Assembly: GCF_009914755.1 (NCBI RefSeq) | Contig: NC_060948.1 | Direction: 5' to 3' (one strand) | Source of the DNA: the human T2T-CHM13v2.0 reference genome, Homo sapiens | DNA length: 64,000 nt | In this document: positions 51,351 to 64,000 of the stretch, in pieces | Layout: every line of letters starts with the position of its first letter | How positions within the stretch are numbered: position 1 is the first letter of the stretch | The notes under the pieces: model-generated | What the model saw: the letters and a program-made list of their open reading frames with translations, nothing else | What the model was told of the DNA's origin: nothing | Database searches by the model: none | Program-made: the position numbers and the translations under genes

Positions 51351-51394
51351 CAGATAAGTATATCCTTATAGTATACTTAAAAAAAAAAAACCTT

Positions 51395-51820
51395 AAAAGC
51401 ATTCCCATTTCTCCACATCCTCTCCAACATCTGTTGTTTTCTGACTTTTTAATGATTGCCATTCTAACTGACATGAGATGGTATCTCTTTGTGGTTGCAA
51501 GGTCATGGATGAAGCTGAAAACCATCATACTAAGCACACTATCACAAGGACAGAAAACCAAGCACCGCATGTTCTCACTCATAAGTAGGAGTTGAACAAT
51601 AAGAACACAGGGACACAGGGTGGGGAACACCACACATGGGGTGGTTGGTGGGATGCGGGGCTGGGGAGGGATAGCATTAGGAGAAATGCCTAATGTAAAT
51701 GATAAGTTGATGTGTGCAGCAAACCAACATGGCACATGTATCCCTATGTAACAAACCTGTACGTTGTGAACATGTACCCTAGAACTTAAAGTATAATAAA
51801 AAAAAAAAAAAAGAAAAAAA
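51395..51820 (+). mobile_element. 5'-inverted (twin-primed) L1PA fragment
   Basis: 51395-51496 is antisense L1 ORF2 sequence (the minus strand reads RYHLMSVRMAIIKKSENNRCWRGCGEMG). 51497-51797 is the sense ORF2 end and 3'UTR, followed by poly(A). Confidence 0.9.
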
Positions 51821-52898
51821 ACTGAAAAGGAAAAATAGCTCTACAAACCCAAATACTAAATAGAAAATTAGTATCAGTGGCCTAGAATCTAACTTGCATT
51901 AAGATATCACAAACATTCAGCAGATAGTTTCTAAATGCCACAGTAAGCCTGGCAGTCTGCAAGAAGCTCAGAAAAACATGGTCCTTCTGAGAGTGCAGTT
52001 GTTACAGGCACAGAGATAAATGAGGAATAATAAGTGTGATAACTGCTGTAATAGGCAAATACAGGAAATAGAAACCACATTTTCCTCATTTATGAAACAC
52101 AAGTTTAAAAACCCTTTTGAAGTTCAAATGAGAATATTTGCTGTTACTGTATAAACTGTCAAGTAGCTATACAAATTTTTTTTTCTCACAGTGATTTATA
52201 TCATGTGTGTATTACATGGTTAGTGAAGCATTCTCATAAAGGAAACCTTGAAATGTGTCCGCTGTTCAGTTTTTGTTTTTCAACTGTTTCAGTCATTGTT
52301 ATTTATCATATTTTCCCTAGGGGATTTTGAATTTTAAAGAGAATATGTAAAAACTGAAAAGAGAAGGACAATGAAATTGCAAGACTACAGTCATAATAAT
52401 TTCCTTGATTAATTCAATTGTTTATAGAGCAAGATTAGATTATATTTCTCCCAAAAGATTCTTGGAGAAATTCTAAGATGATGCACTCATTGTTAGAAAT
52501 TGCCAAGTTGTTGCTTAAGTTAGACTTAACACTTTTTAAGCCTAAAGATACAGTAATAGTTATGTATTTAAACAGGGAAAATAGGATTTTTAGTGCTACT
52601 TTCTCTCACCTGGAATAATTATAACTTTTAAATTGGTCTTTATGTCAATTTAAATTTTTCATTATTCTACGTCATGTTTTGGATAAGCCATGTATTTTTA
52701 AATTTATTTTCATCCTTTTGGTACTTCTGTGAGAAACTGCAGACTTAAATTCATATCACAACTATGTTTCAGTTTTACTTCTCTGTTCCTAAAGGTTCAC
52801 AAAAATAAAGAACTCCACTTACGCTTGTATCTTTCAGCAACCTTATTTCAGAAAACGGTGCATATTACTGCAGAAATCACATGGACAGGTCCAAAGCG

Positions 52899-52993
52899 GG
52901 GAGGAGGAGGATGAGGAGGAAGAGGAGGAGGAGGAGGTGAAGAAGAAGAAGAAGAGGAAGAAGAAGTAGAAGAAGAAGGAGGAGGAGGAGGAA
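52899..52993 (+). repeat. (GAG/GAA)n polypurine tract
   Basis: Direct observation. Confidence 0.9.
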
Positions 52994-54906
52994 GCGGCAA
53001 GCTTTTAAGTCTATACATTAGTATCACTGTGTCAGAAACTCAGTAGTCATAGTGAAATAAAAACAATGATCACAGTCAGTCAATTCCATCTCATACCTAG
53101 ACTGAAATATGAAACTTCTAAAGAAAAGAAAGTTAAGAACTTTGGGCATATCAAAATGTTCCTATACAGATAAAATTATTGGTGACTTTTTCTCACTAGA
53201 AAACATACAATTCCATGCTTTGTATATGTGTAAATAAAAATATTTTTATTTCCATCAGTTATGATGTGCAAGCAAGTAATAAAGTGAAAGTACACTAATA
53301 AAATGATATAAGGAAATTTCTCTGTGTCAAAAAATTCCATTGAGGCCATTAATTTTACAAAAACCACGGAGAATGCATGGTGAAACTACACTATACAGTA
53401 CTTTTTAGTATTTTACTTGCATTTTAAATAATCAACAAAGGAAAGGAAATTCTTAATCATTATTTATTACCAATAACATTATTCTACTCGAATAATCCTT
53501 TTGAGATTAAGTATTTTAAATAAAACTTTAAAAACAAATTGTATTGACTGATACCAGCTTTCAATGAAATAACACTTCTGTATTTGTAGTCATGTGAAGT
53601 ATAAATTTCTCCTCACAGTGGATCTTTTATAACACCAGTTTTATTGATTTCTCTGATAGAAACCCTGTGATAGCTCATGCATGGCTTTACTGTAACCATA
53701 CATTACATGACTCCAGAGAGTAGCCTTCAAATAGATGGAAAAATTATATTTGTGACAAAATTCTAAGAAAGGGAATGGTAAAATGGGAGAATAATTTCTA
53801 AATTTCTAACTGTTCATCAGTGGATTTGGATATATTTAGATATAGACAAATATTAGCACACTGCAAGTTTGCACATGTGTATATAAATTTATATGAGATA
53901 CCCATAATGTGTGGGTTGTGTAATATTTTAATCCTCAATTTTACATGTGGGAAATTTGGTAAGAGTTTATCTTTATCAAATAATCAATTTGAAGTACTAT
54001 ACTCAATTTGATGTAAAACCAACAAAATCTCTGTCAACATTCACTTTAATTGATCCAATAATGTTAACTGATGATAACTTCATTCTCTTTGTCCCCTGTT
54101 GGCAGCCTGAAAGTTGATTCTCACTCTAATTCATCACTCAAGGTGCCATCCACAAGACACTAACTTTGCTGTGGATTGTGACTTCTCACGCCAACACTTT
54201 TTTCCTGTAACAGTCCTACCTTTGTATATTTAAAGAATTTGTACATGGCTAAAAAAAAATAAAAGTGCTGTGAAATGTCAGGCCATGCTGTGAAATTTTC
54301 CATTGTTTCTATATCTCTGGTTGAGCTTTCATGTTATAGAGAACAAGAAAAACAATTCAGTATGTTTCTTAGTATCCAGTCCAATGCACCCTTTCTTATT
54401 AATAGCAAACCCGTCTATTCAAGGCACTGACATCTAAAGACAGCTAGATATATCAAAATCTCTTCTCATAAAAAACCTTTATATTAATCACTGTTGCCCA
54501 GATCTGGACTCTGACTGTGAAATCCTCCGGTGGAAATTGCTGTAATGGCTCACACTATGGGAATGACTATTTTTCTGCATAATTATTGTTGTCAACTTAG
54601 TGAAGAATATCACATTAGATGGTAGCTCTTAGATACATAAACCCTAGTGATTAATTTTTAATGTCCAGCATTTATGATATTGCACAAGTAAAAATCTTTG
54701 ATAAATGATTAGCTGAGCAATGACTTAAATAACAGCAGTTCAAACATTAATTTACTTACTAGAAGTGCCATACATCATTAACTCCTGGTGAAAACAAAGT
54801 TGGGAAATTTCAAGTGCTGAATTGGTTACTAAATTATGTATTTCATGGTATTGTATAAAACTATCCTTGCCGTGTATGATGCCTCACCTGCAAGGATGCA
54901 ACTTTA

Positions 54907-54908
<2 letters not shown>

Positions 54909-54955
<47 letters not shown>
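54909..54955 (+). repeat. (AT)n microsatellite
   Basis: Direct observation. Confidence 0.95.
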
Positions 54956-54959
<4 letters not shown>

Positions 54960-55229
54960 TTGGTTCTTAATATCTCTCTACATTTGCCTTCAAAACCTCA
55001 ACACAAAAACACCCATGTATTTGACATGTACTTGACTTTCAGCTGACTTGACTACCAGTTATTAGGGTTTAAGTAAACAAAGATTTCAAAATTTGTTGAC
55101 CAAATATGAGAAATCACACTCTCACCATAAGAAATAATTCTTCTTAAGTGCCACTGCAAATGCAAAATTGAAAGAAGAAATGGAGTCTAACATATTGCAA
55201 TATTCTAAAATTTAAAATTTCCTCTTTGA

Positions 55230-55490
55230 GATCTGGTGGTTCATGCCTGGAATCACAGCTCTTTGGGAGGCTGAGAAGGGAGAATTGCTTCAAACCCAGA
55301 GTTGGAGACTAGCACAGGCAACATAGCAAGACCAATCTCTACAAAGGTAACTAATTAATTAATTAATTAAATTGGGCATAATGGCACACACCTGTTTTTC
55401 TATTTACTCAGGAGTTCAAGGTTCCAGTGAGCTGTGATTGCACACTGCATTTCAGCCTGGGCCATGGGGCAAGACTTTGTTTCTACATAA
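55230..55490 (+). mobile_element. Degenerate AluJ-like element with internal deletion
   Basis: ctttgggaggctgagaagggagaattgctt...cagtgagctgtgattgcacactgcatttcagcctggg. Confidence 0.75.
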
Positions 55491-56687
55491 TAATTCAATA
55501 TAACAAAACAAAGTCAAAATAAAAACACTTTCAGGTGTTCTTTGGAAGTTTGTATAATTGCTCCAAAGCATAGACATTGTTTAAAGTTGAGCAGTTCATG
55601 GGGAATTGGCAGTGAACATTGTTTGTATTGTTTTCCAAAAATTAGGATAATTATATTAGAATATTATATGTTAATATCTAATAACCTTTCGTACAATAAG
55701 TATTGACAAATGACAAGCTATTGTGTTTATAGATATTTCCTTCAAAATAGTCATAGTTTAATTGGAGAATAAAGAGAGCAGCAATAATTGTAATGTACTC
55801 TGACAAGTGTTAAAATAGACACAATTTAGTAACTTGGAGAGGAATGAAGTTCTTAACGGGGTTTGCAGCGGTTTGGGGAACATTCTGAGGGCAGGAACAA
55901 TTGATTGGATCAGTAAGGATTCGAATTTGCATGAAGAATGTTTGGAAGAAAAACATTGTAGAAAAAAAGAAACATTCTTTTTGTCAATGAAAGAAGTACT
56001 AACAATGCATATGAGGCCATCTGACCAATTCTTAGACCATACTAGCTCACTAAATATTTCTTGAATGAATCCATGAAAGGAAGCTATTGGGAAAACGATT
56101 CTGGAAGGGATTTTCAAAATCCTATAAAGGAAAGTTAAATACCCTGGACTTTACAATTTTGCCTGCTTTTCTTTATGTTCTTATTATGTCTACTACTTCA
56201 TAAGCTCTGTTTTATTTTTTGGTCTTTTCACAAATATCATGCATGAATTGTTCCTGATACTACTTCACTCTTAATCTCTTCATACTATATTTCTCTCTGA
56301 TACTCCTTTGTTTGAGGTCCTGGGTTTGTATGCCCACAGATAACATCACTCACCTCTCCCTGGCACTATTCTGTTATAGAGAGGCCTGGCCCCTGAGAGG
56401 CACGGTTCCTAGGCTCACATAAAATTGACTTTCTATTTTAGTTCAGTTAATGGGTGACACTGCAGAGATTAGAGAACAAGATGAGAGAAGCCAGTTTGTT
56501 TCCCTTTCCTTCTCAGTAAGAGATATGTTTCCACAGTGATTCCACGGCCTTCAGGACATGCTCTCTGTGTTTCCATTTTCTATGTAGTGACCCTAATCCT
56601 AGACTGGTTCTTCTAATGCTGTCTTCTCCAATTGTCTTCTCTAAAGGATTTGGGTACTATTTTTGGAGTTTTAAATTTAAAAAATAT

Positions 56688-56780
56688 TGATATGGAAGGG
56701 GGGCAGGGACGTGTCTGGTAGAGGAGGGTGTGGTTCTTGGCTAGGGCTCCACCAACAGGACGATGCTCACTGACCTAGGA
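56688..56780 (+). mobile_element. 5' fragment of an ERV1-class LTR (MER52-like)
   Basis: Begins TGATATGGAAGGGGGGCAGGGA...ggctagggctccacc...gacctagg, matching my recollection of the MER52 LTR start. Confidence 0.45.
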
Positions 56781-57126
56781 TAAACTAAATTAACACCATG
56801 TAACATATGCCCAATGGGGATTCAGGAGCTGTAAAAATTCACCCCTGGATGCTGCCTGGGGTCGGAGCCCCAAAACCTGTTCTCATTTCTTGCCCAGTAA
56901 TGGGGGATAAGGAACATTTTCCTGTTTCAATATGAATCTGTTTCCAGTGCAGTATGTTTTCTGCAATACTGCAGTGTTACTTCATTGTATATATTTAACT
57001 AAATAAGTTACAAACTGTAACTAATATGAGAAGAAAATAAATGGTGGAGAATAAGGAAGAAAAATGAAACATTGTGTTTAACAATGAATGTAAACAATTA
57101 TAAGTATGATTAATCAATATGTCAGA

Positions 57127-60100
57127 CCAGCCAGGCAGGTGCTTAACGTCATGAGGGGGCACTGCTTCATCATCTTGGGATTTCATTCTGGGACAGAGAG
57201 TGTGAGCAGCAATAAGGTCCGATAAGGAAAAGGATACAATCTGGTGAGGTGTGGATTGTGTCCCACACCTGCACCTGAAAAAAAGGTGAAGACAGATGAC
57301 ACAGAAGTTGCATCCACCTGCATCCCCACATTCCGTTGATTGCACAAGCAGCCCACACCATGGCCCTGTGTTCAAGTGGGTATTCTCCAACCTGCCATTA
57401 ACATATGGAGTGCAAACTGGGGCTTTGCACTTTGAGGGTTTTCATACCCAGGGCCAAATGGGAGTGGGATGGATTGATGTGGGTGGGATGTGGCCTCCAC
57501 GCTTGCCTCTTCATTTTCTGACTTTGTGTTCCTCATTGAATTAGGGTTTCCTTGGTCTGGTTCACCATCTTCCACACAAAACATTTCCCAGTTCAAGAAG
57601 GATGACCCTCGTGGGAATTCATTGCATGAGTGTTTCCTTCTTAACACTCATGTTTTAGATGGCTGGACAGCCTTGATAGTTTTAAAATGTAAATTCCCAC
57701 ACAGCACCAACAGGGAAACTACTGATCTCCCACTTGTATTGTAGGGTGGCATGATTCCTTTAGGATGAGAAGTAGGCAACAGTGTCTAACTGTTGCCTGG
57801 TTATCTAGGCTCTGTTTCATTTCATGTGCACATCCTTTCTCATTGTCGCAGGGCTCCTTCGTTGGGCTGTTGCTGGATAGGACTGCCTCTTGCCACAGAT
57901 CTTTTGGCTTCCAGGGATTTCAGAGAGGAAACGGGACTTCAGATAGACTGGCTGAACTCCAGGTTGTGGGTCCTGGTTGTGTGTTGGGGGCTGAGGATGT
58001 TTGCACTTTGCAGAAGGATTTTTGGTGCTCTGACAAGAATCATTGAACATTGCTTGGACTCCAGCACAAAGCAGCCCATTCTCATAGGTGAGCATTGATT
58101 TTTCTTTGCTTTCCTGGGGTGTCCACATTGCCCATCAATAGCTTTACTGGACACCTTTTTCAGGCTTGCCATCGCCACAGACGGCCTCTTAGACACTGTC
58201 ACAAGCTCATCTGCCCACAAGCGAGGCCAGATCAAGGTGAGAGAACACTGCTCAACCTTGCATTTGCCTATGTCGTGGTTCCTGCCTTTCCCAGATAGGC
58301 CCTGTGAGGCCAAGGATGAAGGGAGGCAGTGAGGTAAAGTGATGAGCCATTTTTATTCTCTGAGGTCTTAGGTATGATTCCATCACATAAAGAACCCTCA
58401 ACTACTCACCAGACTCTATTCCAATCCCCGTCGGACCTGATTCTTGCACACAGACTCTTTCAGGAGTGGAGACAGAAGAGCCATCTCCAGCGACCACCTC
58501 ACAGTCTCGAAATACCTCCTCCTCCACCGGGACCTGACCAGCGAGATGACCCAGAGGGTCAATAAGGTCAAGACTTTTAGGGTCCCACAGTAGGTTATTG
58601 CAGACAGCCTTTTTCTCAATACCAGTCTAGCTCTGCCTGTACCACTTTTGTCTGCTTAGGCAGGCTGACAGTTTTGACAGCCAGGCACCCAAGCCTGCCT
58701 CATGAATGCGCCTGTGATAGCCTCAAAGCACCAGTCCTGAGCAGGGAGCTATTGCTAGCTTCACAGTGAATGCCACCATTGCCTAGTGACAAGTCCCTGT
58801 GGCTTGACAGAGAAGGAGAACTCCCTGGAGGTGTGTTGGCGATGGAATATTGCCTGTCTTGTCTCAGAGATCCACAGGACAGTCCCATGAATCTAGGAGT
58901 GGGTAGATGTGAGTCAGCCTGAAGAAACATCAAGCAGAGCCGCAGGAATGAACTTCAAAATCCCTAAGGATCCATAAGGATCTACAGGATGCCTCAGGCC
59001 TAATTAGACATTGTAAGGGTGAGTATTTTTGAAACTTATCCCACGGTGATTACTAGATACAGCCCGCCTGTGTTCCCTGGGGTTGCTCTCTCCCATGTGG
59101 GGCTTCCTGAAGAGCCATTCAGCCTCAGGAGCTGCTGGGCTGTGTTTCTGTTGGAGTGTTGCAAGTGTTGGATGTCTGCCTGACTGTGTGGCTTTGTGTA
59201 TTTGCAGGTGTATGTGTGGGTATGCATGTCTGTAAGCGGAGTCTGCTTATAGTAGAGTGGCTAACACATTGCAGCTCTTCTTTTTTTTCGGTAACTCAAC
59301 ATTCTGGTCGCCTGTGTGTCTGTGGCTCTGCTTGGACTGTGGGTCTCTGTGTTCTTTATTCTTCTGTGGATCGTGAATCTGCAGTGAATTGAGAGTCTGG
59401 TTGAGACCCGCCGGAGGCCAAACTACCTCCCCTGCCAAAAAAGAAAAAGGTACTCTTCTGGAAAGAAGAGGGGCACGTCATACCCAGGAATTGACGCCTC
59501 CCAGTGTTTCATTGTCCTGTGGCCAACCCAGGGAGGGACACCAGCAGTCTTGTCCACAGGACCCCTTGAATTTACCTCCAATTCGGTTCCCAGCCAAGCA
59601 CGTGCTTAATGTCATTAGGGGACACTCCTCCATTGTCTTGGGATTTCATTCTGAAACAGAGAGTGTGAGCAGCCATAAGTTCACATAGGGGTGAGCATAC
59701 AATCTGGTGAGGGGTGGACGGGGTCCTGCAACTTCACCTGCAAAAAAGGTGAAGACAGAGGACATGGACAGTGCTTCCAAATGCATCTCTGCATTCCCTT
59801 AATTGCACCAGCAGTGTGCACCATGACCCTGTGTTCACCTGGGAGTACTCCAACGTGCAGGGAACATTTGGTGTGCAAACTGGGGCCATCCTGGCAAACT
59901 CCTGATTTGAGGGCTTTCATTCCCATAGCCAAATGGGAGTGAGATGCATTGACGCTGGGTGGGATGTAGCCTCCACACTTGCCTCTTCCTTTCCTGTCTT
60001 CCATGATCCCTGTTGGCCTAGGGTTTCCTGGGTCTGGCTAAGGTCTTACACACTAAACATTTCCCCATTCATGGAGGATGACCCTCACTGGAATTCATTG

Positions 60101-63100
60101 CATGTTTCCTTCTAAACACTGTCACATTTTAATGACTGGGCTCCTTTGATACATTTAAAACCATAAATCAGCATTACAGATGCCATAAAGGAAACTCTTT
60201 TTCTCCCACTTCTGTTGGAGGGCTGCATGATTCCTGTAGGATGAGAAGCAGGCAGGCATGCCTGGCTTTTGTTTGGTAATCTAAGCTGTGTTTCATTGTG
60301 TCTGCATGTCCTTTCTCATTGTGGAGGAAGTATTTCATTGGACTGTGGCTGGATGCAACTGCCTCTCTCCACAGATCTCTTGGCTGCCAGGGATTTCAGG
60401 GAGCAAAAGGGAAGTTGGGTAGGCTGGCTGCACTCCAGGGTGTGGGTCCTGGTCTCTTTGTGGGGACTGGATTTGTTTGCACTTTGCAAGAGGATTTGGG
60501 TCCTCTGACAGGAATCTTTGATCATTGCTTGGACTCCAGCACAAGTCAGCTCATTCTCTCAGGTGAGTTTTGATTTTTCTTTGCTCTGCATGGCAGAGCT
60601 GCATGGCACAAGGCAGCTCATTCTCTGCAGTCCACATTCACTGTGGGTCCACAGTGACTTTCAACAACACTACTGGACACGCTTTTCAGGCTTGCAATGG
60701 CAACAAATGGTCTCTGAGACACTGTCTCAACCTCATCTGCACCTGTGAGTGCCCACTTTGAGGTGTGAGAACACTGCTCCACCTTGGACTTTCCTTTGCC
60801 ATGGTCCCTGCCTTTCCCAGAGAGCTCTTGCAAGGTTCAGAGTGAAGGAAGGAAGTGAGGTAAATGGCCCGGCCAACTTTCGCTGACAATACCTCTGTGG
60901 TCTCAGGTATGATTCTGTCAACCAAAGACCCCTGAACAACCCACCAGACTATATTCCAAACCCCATAGGAACCAATTCTTGCACACAGCCTCTTTTGGGA
61001 ATGGAGTCAGAAGAGCAGCATCCAGCAATCACCTCACAGTCTTGAAACTCCTCCAGCTGGACCAGGCCACAAAAATGGCCCGACGGAGCCCTAAGGTTGA
61101 GACTTACAGGGTCCCATAGTGCGTTATCGCAGAAAGCCTTTCTCCAGATACCAGGCTGGCTCTGCCTGTAGCATTTTCCTCTGCTTAGGAAGGCTCACAG
61201 ATCTGATATTTGGGCGCCTGTGCCTGCCTTCCGAATGCACATGCGCTCTTCTCAAGCTACCAGGCCTGAGCTGTGAGCTTTGTCTAGTGTTCACAGTGAA
61301 TGCCATTGTTGCATAGCAGCAAGTCCCTGTGGCTTGGTGGAGAAGGAGACCTCCGTGGAGGTGCGTAGGCGGTGGACTCTGGCTGTTTTCTCTGTGGGAT
61401 CACGGGATAGTCCCATGATCCTAGGAGAGGGCAGACGTGAGCCAGCCTGACAAAAAGTCAAGCAAAGCCCCAGGAATAAACAGTGAAATTCGTAAGGATC
61501 CAAGTATATCTGCAGGATGCATCAGGCCTGCCTAGACGTTGTAGGAGTGAGTCCTTTAGAAACTTGCTCCAATGTGATTTCTAGGAACAGACCACCTGTG
61601 TACCCCATGGTTGCTCTCTCCATGGTGGGGCTTTCTGCAGAACCATGCAGCCTCAGAAGCTGTCTGGCTGTGTGATTCTGTGGGATTGTTGTGAGTGTCG
61701 GATGTCTGCTTATGTGTGTGGCTTTGCCTTTGTGTGTGTGTGTGTGTGTGTGTGTGTATTAGTGAAGTCTGCTTAAATGAATGTGGCTAACACACTGTAG
61801 TGCATCCTTTGTTTGAGTCTCCCAATCTTTTGGTGGCCTATCTATGTGGCTCTGCCTGGGCTGTGTGGCTCTGTGTTCTTTATTTTTTTGTGGATAAAGA
61901 ATCCTCAGTGAATTGGGAGGCTGGCTGTGACCTGACAGGGTCCAAATCACCTACCCCTGCAATAAAAGCCACTCCTCTTCACACAAGAATAGATATCTCC
62001 CGCCATGTTTCATTTTCCTGTGGCCAAGCCCAAGAGAGACACTATCCAGTCCTGTCTGCAGGGCCCCTTGAATTTACCTAGAATTCTCTTCCCAGCTGAG
62101 CAGGTGCTTCAAGTTGTGAGGGGGCACTCCTCCATCATCTTGGGATGTCATCCTGGGACATAGAGTGTGAGCAGCAATAAGATCAGACAGGGGTGAGGAT
62201 AAAATCTGGCTAGGGGTGGATGGGGTCATGGAACTTCACCCACACACACAAAAAAAAATGAATGCAGATGACACAGAAAGTGCTTCCAACTCCATACCCA
62301 CATTCACTTAATTGCGCAAGCAGACCACACCATGGCTCGGTGTTCAGGTGGGAGTACTCCAACATTCAAGGAACATTTGGAGTGTCGGTTTGGGCTATCC
62401 TGGCAAACTCTGGATTTCAGGGATTTCATACCCAGAGACAAATGGAAATGGTATGGATTAATGCTGGATGGGATGGGGCTTCTGCAAGCCCTTCTCATTG
62501 TGAAGGGGCTCTTTCATTGGGCTGTTGCTGGATGGGACTGCCTCTTGCCACAGATTATTTTGCTGTCAGGGATTTCAAAGAGCAAAAGGGACTTTGGGTA
62601 GGCTGGCTGCACTCCATGTTTCAGGTGGTCCTTTTCTCATTGTGTGGGCTGAGGTTGTCTGCACTTTGCAGGAGGCTATTGGGTCCTCTGACAGGAATCA
62701 TTGAACACTGCTTCAACTCCAGCACAAGGCAGCTTGTTCTCTCAGCTGAGTCTTGGATTTTTCCGTGCTTTCTTCAGGAATCCACGTGCCTCTCAACAGA
62801 ACTACTGGACATAGTTTTCAGGCTTGCCATCACCACAGATGGACTCTGAGATACTGTCTCAACCTCATCTACACCCATGAGAGGTCAGTGCAAGATGTGA
62901 GAACACTGCTCCATCTTGGACTTGCCTTTGTTGTGGTTCCTGCCTTCCCCAGAGAGCTCCTGCAAGGCCGAGGATGAAGGGAGGCAGTGAAGTCAAGAGC
63001 CTGTCCGTCTTTTATAGACACCTGCCTCTGGGGTTTCAGGTATGATTCTATCACCCAAAGAACCCTCAAAAATACACCAGAATATATTCCAAACTTCACG

Positions 63101-64000
63101 GGACCTGATTCTGGAATACAGCCTCTTTCGGAGAAAGAGTGAGAAATGCAGTTTCCAGGGACCACCTCATGGTTTTGAAGCACATCCATCTCCAGGGGGA
63201 CCTGACCACGGAGAAAGCCTGAACGTGCTTTGAGGTTGAGACTCTTAGGGTCCCACAGTGGGTTTTTGCAGACAGCCTTTTTCCCAATACCAGGCTGTCT
63301 CTGCCTGTACCATTTTTCTCTGTATAGGTAGGCTGACAGCTCTGATAGTCAGGCAGTTGAGCCTGCCTCATGAATGGGAATGAGCATGTCTCAGGGCATC
63401 ATGCCTGATTGTGAGCTCTGGCTGGTGTCACAATGAATGTCACCATTGCTTAGACAAAAGTCCCTGTGGCTGGGTGGAGAAGGAGAACTCCATGGAGGTT
63501 CGTCGGTGGTGGACTGTCACTTGTCTTTTCTGTGGGATCCACGGGATAGTCTGATGAATCTAGGAGATGGCAGAGGTGAGCCAACCAAAAAAAAAAAAAA
63601 AAAGTTCAAGCACAGCCCCAAGAAAAAACTGCAAAATCCCTAAGGATCCAAAAGTATCTGCAGGATTTGTCAGTCCTGCCTAGACGTTGTAGGGGTAAGT
63701 CTTTTTGTAACTTGCCCCACTGTTATTTCTAGGTACAGCCCACCTGTGTTCACTGGAGTTGCTCTCTCTCGGGTAGGACTTCCTGCAGAACCACACAGCT
63801 TCAGGATCTGCCGCGTTGCATGTTTCTGTTACAGTGTTGTGACTCTTGGATGTCTGCATGCGTTTTTGTGGCATTTGTGTGTGGGGGGGTGTGTATGTAT
63901 GTGTGCACCTGTAAGTAGAGTCTACTTAAAGAAATGTGGCTAACACACTACATGGCTTTATTGTTTTGAGTGTCCTAACATTCTGCTGGCCTATATGTGT
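57127..64000. repeat. Degenerate ~2.5-kb tandem array (about three units), probably SST1/MER22 (NBL2-related) macrosatellite of the TTTY-associated Y type
   Basis: Unit starts at 57127, 59590 and 62092 (periods 2463 and 2502). Shared motifs include tcttgggatttcattctg...gagtgtgagcagc, aagtccctgtggctt and taaggatcc, with a TG-rich segment in each unit. The periodicity is directly visible; the family name is from recall. Confidence 0.7.

Noticed and set aside
50579-51735. 338-aa (+) and 230-aa (-) ORFs
   Set aside because: Chance read-through across the pseudogene and an L1 fragment; the L1 ORF2-like peptides come from the truncated element.
53000-56650. Possible further pseudogene exons in the AT-rich interval
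   Set aside because: I could not recognise any protein motif or consistent splice-bounded frame; left unannotated pending BLAST and RepeatMasker.
57170-63943. Many short ORFs (up to 195 aa) in the 2.5-kb array
   Set aside because: Reading frames are not preserved between units and no domain is recognisable.

Overview
This is primate, almost certainly human, Y-chromosome ampliconic DNA (RBMY1 cluster, AZFb-type region), not microbial. Positions 1-23530 and 23531-~45069 are two near-identical direct copies of a ~23.5-kb unit; by eye I found only about a dozen substitutions plus one (GT)n length difference. Each copy holds an intact 12-exon RBMY1 gene on + (496 aa, RRM plus four SRGY boxes). 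An intron-containing, divergent TSPY-like pseudogene sits head-to-head with it on -. After ~45070 identity to the unit drops abruptly. An older paralogous flank follows, then a third, more diverged and 5'-truncated TSPY-like pseudogene, a 5'-inverted L1, AT-rich DNA, and (57127-64000) a degenerate ~2.5-kb tandem array that looks like SST1/MER22. I see no new biological system. Most of the supplied ORFs are spurious. The most interesting signals are structural: a dead fifth SRGY exon, a ~58-nt twin-primed L1 insertion with TSD that orders the SRGY exon duplications, a sharp homogenisation boundary inside an Alu, and evidence for a divergent TSPY subfamily co-amplified with RBMY.
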